From the IMG/VR virus record IMGVR_UViG_3300025875_000036, positions 1 to 53,211 of that record: 53,211 nt of DNA; one strand, 5' to 3'. Below the pieces are notes generated by a model. That model worked only from the letters and a program-made list of their open reading frames with translations. It had not been told where the DNA came from and did no database searches. Position numbers and translations under genes: made by a program. The DNA comes from a virus (Duplodnaviria > Caudoviricetes). Every line of letters starts with the position of its first letter. The first letter of the stretch is position 1. Shown in pieces: positions 46,528-53,211 of this stretch.

Positions 46528-47196
46528 ATGGCGGAACCGGTAAAAAATTACAACATTAGCAACGGCCAGGACATGATTGACCTGGCCGTTGATTTGGCAA
46601 AGTTTATCAAAGATAACAAACTTTACCAAAATATTCAGGGTAAGGAGTACGTAAACGTAGAGGGCTGGCAATACGCCGGGGCACGGCTCGGGATTGTGCC
46701 CGTGCTAAAAGCGGTTAACAATATAGGTACACCCGAGGAGGTAAAATATAACGCCGCGATAGATTTAATAGATATTAAAAGCGGGCTAAATATGGGCGGC
46801 GGCTTTGCGGTTTGCAGTAACAAGGAGCAAGGTAAAAAATATTATCAGGAGTACGCGATTGCAAGTATGGCGCAAACACGGGCCGTCGGTAAGGCTTACC
46901 GGAACTTGCTTAGTTACTTAATACGGTTAGCCGGTTACGAGCCGACACCAGCCGAGGAGATGGACACGGCACCGGCACCGGCAGAAGCGGCACCGGCGGA
47001 GGGCTTACCGATTACAATGGTATACGCTACGGAGCAGCAAAAAAAGACGATGATGGACCTTATCAAAAACCCCAAAGTCACAAAAGAGGAACACGATAAA
47101 ATGTTGCCTAATATTAACAAGCTGGATAAAATTAGAGCCAATGAGGCCATAGCAAAACTTAAAAAAACCATAACCGAAAGGGGCGGGGTAATATGA
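46528..47196 (+). CDS. Single-strand annealing protein, Rad52/Sak-like (probable)
   Basis: IQGKEYVNVEGW...SMAQTRAVGKAYR...TPAEEM, then AT.QQ in the C-terminal domain. Confidence 0.65.
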   Translation: MAEPVKNYNISNGQDMIDLAVDLAKFIKDNKLYQNIQGKEYVNVEGWQYAGARLGIVPVLKAVNNIGTPEEVKYNAAIDLIDIKSGLNMGGGFAVCSNKEQGKKYYQEYAIASMAQTRAVGKAYRNLLSYLIRLAGYEPTPAEEMDTAPAPAEAAPAEGLPITMVYATEQQKKTMMDLIKNPKVTKEEHDKMLPNINKLDKIRANEAIAKLKKTITERGGVI

Positions 47197-47663
47197 GGAG
47201 TTTATTATTAATCGGGACAGAGATGCCGGGGGCACCACTTACCAAAAAAGATATAATTAAAACCGCCCAGGCCGAGGCCGACGAGGTAATCGCGCGAGCC
47301 GATACTGATTTGTTGCGTCTCGTTGTAGCGGCGGCACGGGTGGCGGAGTACGTTTCCGCTTTTACCTCTAGGCTCCGCCCTGGTGCCCTGGTTGATTTGT
47401 ACCGGGGCGAGGTGCCGCGTAGCGTAAACGGGGCAAAACTAGAAGCCCGAGAGGTCGGCACGGTTTATGATTATACCGGCGACCCGGTGTGGGTGCAACT
47501 AAACGGCGAGATAAAAGGTTTACAAAGTAAGCTAAAAGAGCGAGAGGCTTTTTTAAAAACATTAAAAGAACCGTTAACAACGGTAGACCACGACACGGGG
47601 GAGGCTATAACAATAACGCCCCCGGTAAAACGGAGCACCACCGCATTGGTGATTACATTATGA
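47193..47663 (+). CDS. Conserved recombination-associated hypothetical protein
   Basis: EVG..YDY..DP.W..L...KEREAFLK...D..TGE...PP.K.S; coupled to the SSAP gene. Confidence 0.65.
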   Translation: MRSLLLIGTEMPGAPLTKKDIIKTAQAEADEVIARADTDLLRLVVAAARVAEYVSAFTSRLRPGALVDLYRGEVPRSVNGAKLEAREVGTVYDYTGDPVWVQLNGEIKGLQSKLKEREAFLKTLKEPLTTVDHDTGEAITITPPVKRSTTALVITL

Positions 47664-48100
47664 AAATGGCTACAAAAAATTATTTAGACAGGCCTCTGGA
47701 TGAGCTTACCCGAGAGGGGATTGAGGAGGAGATACGGGTAAAGTTCGGCAGTTTAGCCCAGTTTTTATTTGCCGTGAAATGGTCTTATAACAAGTTTAAC
47801 CGCTTGTTTAACGGCTATATAAAATATAAACAATCCGGGAAACCGGATGCCGGGGAGAGGTTGCGAGAGCTTGTCGACCTAATCAAAAAAACCCGCAAAC
47901 CCCGCGTGGTGAGTACCGGGCTAACTGATGCCGACCGGGCAATAATTAGCAAAGCGGTTGAGGATAGCGGTAAAAACCTAACAGCTATCGAGGAGGAGAA
48001 CGGCTTACCAAAAGAGTTTATTTATAACGTTTTAAGTAAACGCATCGTCCGCTCACCTTTTTTAAATAAATTATACAAGGGGCTAAATATAAAAATATGA
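47660..48100 (+). CDS. Protein with two HTH-like units
   Basis: I..KFGSLAQF...SYNKF and SGKNLTAIEEENGLPKEFIYNVL. Confidence 0.6.
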   Translation: MKMATKNYLDRPLDELTREGIEEEIRVKFGSLAQFLFAVKWSYNKFNRLFNGYIKYKQSGKPDAGERLRELVDLIKKTRKPRVVSTGLTDADRAIISKAVEDSGKNLTAIEEENGLPKEFIYNVLSKRIVRSPFLNKLYKGLNIKI

Positions 48101-48327
48101 GCGAGGCAGAGGCACAACTAAAGCAAGTAGAGCACGAGCTTATGGAGTTAAAAACAAGATATAGTCGGTTAGTGGCGGCGGGCAAAAACATGCGCGAGAA
48201 ACAAGCGGCATATTTTAACCCGGCAACCCGCAACGGAACAACCCTAAACGCGAGTAAACAGGCTGAGTATAATTTTGATTTATTAGTAGGATTAAAGGAA
48301 CCTAACAACCAAACAAACTTATTTTAA
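48097..48327 (+). CDS. Hypothetical protein
   Basis: MREKQ..YF...L..SKQ.E...D motif. Confidence 0.7.
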   Translation: MSEAEAQLKQVEHELMELKTRYSRLVAAGKNMREKQAAYFNPATRNGTTLNASKQAEYNFDLLVGLKEPNNQTNLF

Positions 48328-48328
48328 A

Positions 48329-49285
48329 ATGGGTAAAGTACAAAATTTTGATTTATTTGGCGAGCCTATTGTCGTCGACGAGTTATTACGGGATAAGTTT
48401 ATGGAGCCGCCTTTTAGCGTACTAGATACGCGTAGCGGTGCATGGCAAAACCGCCGCCGGGCCTGGTTGCGTAAAGGTTTGCAGTCTGAGCTGGGCCGGG
48501 GCCAGGATATATTGTACAAAGGTGCCGAGATTAAAAACATGGACCATTACCGCGAGAAGGAGGGTAAGCGCAAACCGACCGCCGAGTGTTTGCCGACAAG
48601 TATGACGGATAAGTACGGGCGCAAACCGCAAACCGGCGTCAGTATTTTTGACCCGGCACTGACCGAGCTGATGTATCATTGGTTTTGCCCTACCGGCGGC
48701 AAAATACTCGACGTGTTTGCGGGCGGCTCGGTACGGGGTATCGTTGCAAATTATCTGGGTTTTAATTATACCGGCATCGACCTCCGCGAGGAACAGGTAA
48801 CAGAGAACTATCGCCAGGGCGGTATTATTACCCCCGATAATATACCGGAGTGGATTATAGGGGATAGCAACGAGGTACTCGACCGCCCCGAAATAGTGCC
48901 CCGCAAAAATACGTTCGACTTTTTGTTTACGTGCCCGCCCTATATGGACTTGGAGGTTTATAGCGAGTTGCCCGAGGATTTAAGCACAATGGACGACGAG
49001 AAGTTTATTGAGGCTTATAGCAGTATTATCGGTAAGAGCGCCGCTTATTTAAAAAAAGGGGCTTACGCCGGTATAGTTGTCGGAGAGGTACGGGACCGCA
49101 AAACAGGGTACTATAAAGATTTCCTGGGTATTACTAAAGACGCGTATAAGCGGGCCGGGTTGCACTTGTATAACGACATGGTATTACTAAATAGCCTGGG
49201 CACCGCCCCGATTAGGGCTAACAATGCCATGAAAAATTTAAAGATGGTCAAGGTACACCAGAACGTCTTGATTTTTCAAAAGTAA
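48329..49285 (+). CDS. SAM-dependent DNA amino-methyltransferase-like protein (TCPPY type)
   Basis: PPFSVLD...W, SIFDP.L.E..Y.WF, motif I ILDVFAGGSVRG, motif IV FTCPPY.DLE.YS, HQNVLIF.K. Confidence 0.85.
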   Translation: MGKVQNFDLFGEPIVVDELLRDKFMEPPFSVLDTRSGAWQNRRRAWLRKGLQSELGRGQDILYKGAEIKNMDHYREKEGKRKPTAECLPTSMTDKYGRKPQTGVSIFDPALTELMYHWFCPTGGKILDVFAGGSVRGIVANYLGFNYTGIDLREEQVTENYRQGGIITPDNIPEWIIGDSNEVLDRPEIVPRKNTFDFLFTCPPYMDLEVYSELPEDLSTMDDEKFIEAYSSIIGKSAAYLKKGAYAGIVVGEVRDRKTGYYKDFLGITKDAYKRAGLHLYNDMVLLNSLGTAPIRANNAMKNLKMVKVHQNVLIFQK

Positions 49286-49308
49286 TTAAAAGCAACACCA
49301 CGGGATAA

Positions 49309-50061
49309 ATGAGTATAATAAAAACAAGTTTTAAGGAGCACCCGTTCGCTCAAATTGACAAGCGGATGCTCGAGAACCCGGCACTTAGCTGGCGGGCTAA
49401 AGGTTTGCTCTCTTACCTACTAAGCAAGCCGGACAACTGGCAAATCCGGACAGCTGACTTAATAGCTAAGTCAGTCGAGGGGAGGGATGCCGTGTACTCA
49501 ATACTTAAAGAGCTGATAAAAGCCCGGTACATTATAACGGAGCAAGCCCTCGTCCAGGGTAAGTTCGCCGGGGTTAATTATACGGTGTACGAGGTACCGC
49601 TTACGGGATTGCCGTATACGGTAGAACCGGACCCGGTTGCACCGGACCCGGCCAAGCCCGACCATAGTAATAATAATAATAGTAATATAGAGTTTAGTAA
49701 TAATGAATCCTTTGGGGCCGACTTTATAGGTTGGTTCCTCAAAACCTTTAACCGCTTAACAAAAAAAGGGGAGGGACGTGGCCACCGCATGATTGACACT
49801 AAAACCCGCGAGAACATAATCAAGCTATTAAAAGCCGGGTATAAAAAAACAGACTTTGAGGATGCAATAAAAAACGCACACGAGAACGAGTACCATGTTA
49901 GCACGGGCCACACGTACCTTACACCCGAGTTTATTTGCCGCCCGGTAAAATTTGAACAATACTTAAACGCAAACAATGGAGGAAGCAAAAAACCTAATAA
50001 CCCAGATACAAAGCCGGTTAGAACATCAGATAGCGGCGGCAAAAAAGACTCCTTTGACTAA
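49309..50061 (+). CDS. Replication initiator (N-terminal wHTH plus conserved phage C-terminal domain)
   Basis: LSWRAKGLLSYLLSKPDNW...ELIKARYI; YLTPEFICRPVKFEQYLN. Confidence 0.8.
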   Translation: MSIIKTSFKEHPFAQIDKRMLENPALSWRAKGLLSYLLSKPDNWQIRTADLIAKSVEGRDAVYSILKELIKARYIITEQALVQGKFAGVNYTVYEVPLTGLPYTVEPDPVAPDPAKPDHSNNNNSNIEFSNNESFGADFIGWFLKTFNRLTKKGEGRGHRMIDTKTRENIIKLLKAGYKKTDFEDAIKNAHENEYHVSTGHTYLTPEFICRPVKFEQYLNANNGGSKKPNNPDTKPVRTSDSGGKKDSFD

Positions 50062-50644
50062 GACCCTAAGTAATGCCGATATAAAGACGGCGTTCGTAGT
50101 AACGAGCCAAGCACTTACCCCGCCGGGCCGCGAGTATGTAGTAGACGGAGAGAACCGGGCGGTAATAAATAACGTTTTGTATTATTTTAATTCCGACCCG
50201 GTGTTTGAGGGGGATTTGGGCCGGGGGTTGTTTATACGCGGTAATATCGGCTCTGGTAAAACCCACCTCCTCGAGGTTTTTAAGACAATAGGTTTGCGAG
50301 CCTTTGTTTTATTTAAAACCCGGTTAGCAGAGCGGGAGGTGGCAATTAAGGGACACGAGTATTTAAAAACCCTAAACCGGGCAACCGACATGGGTTTTGA
50401 CGACCTGGGTGCCGAGGCTAATATTAAAAGCTACGGCAACGAGGTAAATGTTATGGCCGAGGTGATACAAGACCGTTACGATTTATGGAAAAAAACCGGA
50501 GCCGTGACGCACTTTACCACAAACCTTACCAACCCCGAGATTATAAGCCGGTACGGGGACAGGTGTTTAAGCCGGTTAATGGAGATGTCAAACTTTATAA
50601 CCCTGGGCGTCGGTGCCCATAGTAAAGACCGCCGAATAGTATGA
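49976..50644 (+). CDS. DnaC/IstB-like AAA+ ATPase (helicase loader)
   Basis: Walker A GNIGSGKT, Walker B FDDLGAE, TTNL and YGDR..SRL.EM. Confidence 0.85.
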   Translation: MEEAKNLITQIQSRLEHQIAAAKKTPLTKTLSNADIKTAFVVTSQALTPPGREYVVDGENRAVINNVLYYFNSDPVFEGDLGRGLFIRGNIGSGKTHLLEVFKTIGLRAFVLFKTRLAEREVAIKGHEYLKTLNRATDMGFDDLGAEANIKSYGNEVNVMAEVIQDRYDLWKKTGAVTHFTTNLTNPEIISRYGDRCLSRLMEMSNFITLGVGAHSKDRRIV

Positions 50645-51057
50645 CAACACGGACAGCGGAGCAAGTATTTAAAGAGGACGAGGAACGCATCGCCTCAATG
50701 GTAAAAGATAGCCGGGCGTTTATGGTAAAAATGCAAATTGTATGGGAGGGGGCTGATACCCACGCCCGCTTGGCTATGTTGCCCGGCTTACTTGAGGTAC
50801 AAGCCGCCAACCCCTCGTTTTACGGTGCCCAGCAAGTGGCGGTATGTAATAATTTAAAAACAAAATATCCACCTAAAAAACAATATTATGGCGTTAAAGC
50901 TCCGGCTCCTACTCCCGAGCCTGAACAAGTTAGAGACACTCCCTCGCATAATCCAGGGGGTGAGGAACGTAAACGGACCACAGTGGCTGGTAAGCCTGTT
51001 AGAGCAAATCCCGGAAAGGCTAAAGGAGGGGAAGGTGTACAAGGTTTACTTTTCTGA
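50641..51057 (+). CDS. Hypothetical protein
   Basis: 138 aa; ATGA coupling upstream; last 170 nt overlap the NinB-like gene. Confidence 0.55.
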   Translation: MTTRTAEQVFKEDEERIASMVKDSRAFMVKMQIVWEGADTHARLAMLPGLLEVQAANPSFYGAQQVAVCNNLKTKYPPKKQYYGVKAPAPTPEPEQVRDTPSHNPGGEERKRTTVAGKPVRANPGKAKGGEGVQGLLF

Positions 51058-51373
51058 CCAAAAGCCCTCGCGTAGTGCCGCCCAGAACAGATACCTGTGG
51101 GGGGTTGTTTACAAAACCATTGCCGATGATACCGGGTACGAACCGGAGGAGGTTCACGAGGTAATGAAAGCAAAGTTTAGCCTCAAAACAAGTTTTGACT
51201 TCGCCGGTGAGGTTATTGAGAGCACTAAAAGCACTACGTTAATGGATACGGGCGAGATGAGTATTTATATTGATAGTATTATAAAATGGGCCGCTGAGCA
51301 TTATATAAATATACCGAATGCAAACGCGGTGCCCGATGATGCTTATATTGATTATTTAGAAACAAAAAAATGA
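50888..51373 (+). CDS. NinB/Orf-like recombination protein
   Basis: RS.AQNRYLWG...IA..TG...EEVHE..K...STT.M...EM..YI..I...AAE..I. Confidence 0.75.
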   Translation: MALKLRLLLPSLNKLETLPRIIQGVRNVNGPQWLVSLLEQIPERLKEGKVYKVYFSDQKPSRSAAQNRYLWGVVYKTIADDTGYEPEEVHEVMKAKFSLKTSFDFAGEVIESTKSTTLMDTGEMSIYIDSIIKWAAEHYINIPNANAVPDDAYIDYLETKK

Positions 51374-51635
51374 GGTCGGGTTTATTTTATTATAACCAAC
51401 TACCGAGGACAATACGGGAGCAGTTTAAAAAAAACCTCGGGCCGTCCTGGGGGGGTTGTCGCCCCAGGAGCGGTTTGAGCACCTAATGAAGCGAGAGTAC
51501 GATGGCCGGGAGCAGCTTTTATCGTATGCCTTTTTGTGGCACTCCACACCCAAGGGGTTTATGTTTTGGTATATGTGGGCAACCGATTTTGAGGAGTTTG
51601 ATTTTGCAACCATTGCCGATATGTTAAATAAATAA
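51370..51635 (+). CDS. Split gene: 38-aa ORF continuing in the -1 frame into an AF.W..TP.G..FW domain
   Basis: The 0 frame stops at 51486; the -1 frame is open across the A8 (51427-51434) and G7 (51449-51455) runs to 51635. Confidence 0.5.
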
Positions 51636-51658
51636 TTTTAAAAAAAACCTCACAAAAT

Positions 51659-51703
51659 AGTTGCACTATTAAAAACTTTACGTATATTTGTACATACTAA
51701 AAC
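51659..51703 (+). promoter_or_regulatory. Promoter with dyad box, copy 11
   Basis: AGTTGCACTATTAAAAA...CGTATATTTGTACATACTAAAAC. Confidence 0.88.
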
Positions 51704-51719
51704 ATTAACAAATATAGCC

Positions 51720-51935
51720 ATGTTTGTAAACGATAAGTTAAAGCAATTACTCGAGGACTATTACGCCCTAGAGGCCCAAACCCCAAAGAACTCAGGTGCC
51801 GCCGGGTATGAGCGCAAAAACGCCGCCGCCCAACGTGCTTATAACAAATACGCCGCCGAGGCAATAAACCAGGGCCATAATGCCTTAACAACGGCGCAAA
51901 ATTATTTTATTGAAAAACGTAAAAAAAGTTCATAA
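51720..51935 (+). CDS. Hypothetical protein
   Basis: 71 aa, alone between two promoters. Confidence 0.7.
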   Translation: MFVNDKLKQLLEDYYALEAQTPKNSGAAGYERKNAAAQRAYNKYAAEAINQGHNALTTAQNYFIEKRKKSS

Positions 51936-51938
51936 AAT

Positions 51939-51989
51939 AGTTGCACTATTAAAAATAATACGTATATTTGTATATACTAAAACGGTAAA
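51939..51989 (+). promoter_or_regulatory. Promoter with dyad box, copy 12
   Basis: AGTTGCACTATTAAAAA...CGTATATTTGTATATACTAAAACGGTAAA. Confidence 0.88.
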
Positions 51990-52001
51990 CAAATTAACAA
52001 C

Positions 52002-52175
52002 ATGAAAGCACAATTAACAACCGCCGCCAAACAACTGATAAAAAAAATCGCAAAACGGGACCGTTATGCAACAACCGAGACAGTGAGCCGGGTCGTAGCT
52101 ATTAATTTCCCCTCCCTTGATGTTAAGGAGTTTACCGTTTTTATTGATAATGTTTTATACGCTAAAAACTTTTAA
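52002..52175 (+). CDS. Small hypothetical protein (57 aa, not in the ORF track)
   Basis: MKAQLTTAAKQLIKK..., directly after the promoter. Confidence 0.65.
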   Translation: MKAQLTTAAKQLIKKIAKRDRYATTETVSRVVAINFPSLDVKEFTVFIDNVLYAKNF

Positions 52176-52176
52176 A

Positions 52177-52320
52177 ATGGAAAAAGGACCTGTTACCCTG
52201 GAAATTACCGGACGCGGATGTTTAGCCGTATCCCATGCAACCGCCGCCATGCAGCGCGAGGAGATTATAATTTTAGAGGAGGCGATAACCCGCTATAAAT
52301 TAGGCTTAAAAATTGATTAA
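52177..52320 (+). CDS. Small hypothetical protein (ATG 52177)
   Basis: 47 aa, MEKGPVTLEIT...; starts 1 nt after the upstream stop. Confidence 0.5.
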   Translation: MEKGPVTLEITGRGCLAVSHATAAMQREEIIILEEAITRYKLGLKID

Positions 52321-52720
52321 AAATAAAGGACAGGATACAATATCGGCGGCGGATTACTTAGCTATAAAAAGCAAGCCCGCCCCCGGTAATAAATTTAAGG
52401 CCGAGCCGGTTACTACCGGCGGGGTCAAATATGATAGCACAAAAGAGGGTAAATATAGCCACACCCTTGACTACCGGAAAAGGTTGCCGCCCGGCACTCC
52501 CGACCGGGTTTTGTTTTACCGCCGCCAGGTGAGGTTTGATTTTTACATTAACGGAATTTTAATAACCTATTACAAGCTCGACTTCCTTGTTTATTACGAG
52601 GACGGGCGGATTGAGTTTATTGATGTCAAAGGTTTAAAAAAAGGTAGCGTTTGGCGTACTTTTGTGATAAAGCAAAATCTGATGCTGGCCGTCTACGGTA
52701 TAAGGGTAGAAACAAGATGA
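52313..52720 (+). CDS. DUF1064-family PD-(D/E)XK nuclease (possible resolvase)
   Basis: NKFKA...G.KYDS.KE...Q..F...Y..DF.VYY.DG..E.IDVKG. Confidence 0.8.
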   Translation: MIKNKGQDTISAADYLAIKSKPAPGNKFKAEPVTTGGVKYDSTKEGKYSHTLDYRKRLPPGTPDRVLFYRRQVRFDFYINGILITYYKLDFLVYYEDGRIEFIDVKGLKKGSVWRTFVIKQNLMLAVYGIRVETR

Positions 52721-52971
52721 TGATACATTATTATTTATTAATTAGCATCGCCACGGCCCTGGCGGTATACCTTATTAATTATACGGAGGTTTACATTGAG
52801 ACCCGAAAAAATACGGCCCGCTACGTAGCGGACTACGACGACAACCCGTTCACGGATGAGTTTTTGCACGGCATGGGTCACGTGTTATTTATCGCCCTCA
52901 CGGCTTACGATGCGTTTATACTTTTGATTTGTGCCGCCGGTTTAGATAAAATAATTAACATTTATTTTTAA
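52717..52971 (+). CDS. Small two-TM membrane protein (ATG 52717)
   Basis: ATGA coupling; two hydrophobic segments. Confidence 0.6.
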   Translation: MMIHYYLLISIATALAVYLINYTEVYIETRKNTARYVADYDDNPFTDEFLHGMGHVLFIALTAYDAFILLICAAGLDKIINIYF

Positions 52972-52977
52972 AAAAAC

Positions 52978-53211
52978 CGCCTTAATAGTTGCGCCGTATT
53001 ACATTTTATGCGTATATTTGTACATACTAAATAACTAACCGATTAAATGTTGTGAGAGATAATTTATTTGAGGGAGCAAATTTAACCCCTAAAGAGGCCC
53101 GCCAAACCCTGGAGGGTATGTGTATCGCCCAACGGGAGATGAACTTTTTTAAGCCCATTGCCCCTGAGGAAATGGCTATCGAAAAGGACAACCTCGCCCA
53201 GCACGCTATCC
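52978..53211 (+). repeat. Direct terminal repeat / circular overlap, right copy
   Basis: Matches 1-234 with one substitution. Confidence 0.95.

Noticed and set aside
49600-49705. Replication-origin iterons inside the initiator gene (ACCGGACCCGG twice, then an AAT-rich tract)
   Set aside because: The position fits a lambdoid origin, but there are only two short copies, which also encode a PDP peptide repeat; insufficient support.
50-51891. Minus-strand ORFs in the track (e.g. 27823-28377, 29338-29904, 42807-43325, 49578-50042)
   Set aside because: They are antisense shadows of well-supported + strand genes, with no motifs and no minus-strand promoters seen.
1-53211. Integrase/lysogeny module, DGR or retron
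   Set aside because: No tyrosine or serine recombinase, CI-type S24 repressor, ParA or reverse transcriptase motifs were recognised, and no TR/VR repeat pair was seen near the fibre genes.
1-53211. Stop-codon reassignment
   Set aside because: Long genes are intact in the standard code, and TAA, TAG and TGA all end genes at tight junctions.

Overview
The window looks like one complete, circularly closed tailed-phage genome of about 52,977 bp: bases 1-234 recur at 52978-53211 with one mismatch. It is siphovirus-like, and essentially all credible genes lie on the + strand. Repeated TTTG...TAnnTTTG promoters indicate a Bacteroidota host. From memory, the virion genes resemble those of Bacteroides phages B40-8/B124-14 (not searched). 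Layout: small early/middle genes with TerS, an NDT-like enzyme and a DEDD exonuclease (1-11.2 kb); TerL, tail tube, portal, scaffold, capsid, neck, frameshifted tail chaperones, tape measure, tail tip and fibre (11.3-37.8 kb); lysis genes and a large glycoside hydrolase (37.9-41.8 kb); then promoter-led cassettes (nucleotidyltransferase, multi-HTH protein, PLP enzyme), recombination, methyltransferase and replication genes (42-53 kb). No integrase, reverse transcriptase, DNA polymerase or CRISPR array was recognised. The most notable unexplained structure: (i) a ~460-nt ORF-free cluster of folded RNAs ending in a non-canonical tRNA mimic; (ii) 12 promoters carrying a dyad GTA-NN-TAC box over the start site; (iii) one GAGGGAA hairpin loop on two different stems ahead of the scaffold and capsid genes; (iv) a membrane-anchored copy of the tape-measure N-terminus; (v) an ACC-deaminase-like PLP enzyme alongside a TCPPY methyltransferase in a GATC-poor genome. 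All protein calls come from motif recognition by eye, not database searches.
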